A stretch of 63,884 nt of DNA, the filler included. It is 8 parts of 8 records of this genome, joined end to end, with 100 filler letters (N's around TTAATTAATTAA, not from the genome) between each part and the next. Parts side by side here need not be neighbours in the genome. Positions count along the whole stretch, not along the records: positions 58,607 to 63,884 come from SRR31147125_40525; 7 more parts are not named here. One strand, 5' to 3'. Both the position numbers and the translations under genes were made by a program. Below are positions 63,766 to 63,884 of the stretch, piece by piece; positions within the stretch are counted from its first letter, which is position 1; the number at the start of each line of letters is the position of its first letter. The notes beneath the pieces were generated by a model. It was not told the origin of the DNA. It did no database searches and saw only the letters and a list, made by a program, of their open reading frames with translations.

Positions 63766-63884
63766 ATGAAAGTAACAATTGTTGGAACAGGATATGTCGG
63801 TTTAGTAACCGGGGCATGCCTGGCAGAAACCGGGGCAACAGTTCACTGTATTGATATTGATGCTGCCAAAATTGAAAACCTCAA
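63766..63884 (+). CDS. ugd: UDP-glucose/GDP-mannose dehydrogenase, N-terminus (truncated)
   Basis: [32 protein letters not shown]. Confidence 0.92.
   Translation, partial: MKVTIVGTGYVGLVTGACLAETGATVHCIDIDAAKIENL

Noticed and set aside
1-63884. CRISPR arrays, tRNA/rRNA genes, stop-codon recoding
   Set aside because: No repeat-spacer pattern or RNA-gene signature seen by eye; gene breaks are frameshifts, not in-frame TGA/TAG.

Overview
This window is not one locus. It is eight unrelated contigs joined by artificial N44-TTAATTAATTAA-N44 spacers, so no context should be inferred across spacers. (1) 1-11296: Bacteroidetes polysaccharide utilisation locus (susD partial, susC, FecR anti-sigma, ECF sigma, GH43, beta-propeller GH, GH27, GH28 partial). 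(2) 11397-19084: ZIP transporter, a deleted Tat oxidoreductase remnant, six-hairpin GH, GH28 and a GH20/peptidase C45 fusion, ending at a probable IS3-like end. (3) 19185-24322: carbohydrate ABC transporter plus an uncharacterised lyase-like protein. (4) 24423-33428: GC-rich, probably deltaproteobacterial; two sigma54 promoters with identical enhancer geometry, an FhlA-like activator, two outer-membrane barrels, an apparently catalytically dead transaldolase, deoC and aldehyde:ferredoxin oxidoreductase. (5) 33529-40650: LexA/CI-like repressor, hisC-cmk-rpsA-sppA and yciO. (6) 40751-51546: sulfatase/sialidase/ceramidase-like/UPF0489 cluster. (7) 51647-58506: Firmicutes-type flagellar genes with two putative peptidoglycan hydrolases. 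(8) 58607-63884: Bacteroidetes exopolysaccharide genes including a Wzc-SPOR fusion. About eleven frameshifts in nine genes fall at short homopolymer runs and are probably sequencing errors. I saw no tRNA, rRNA or CRISPR array. All family calls come from motif recognition, not database searches.
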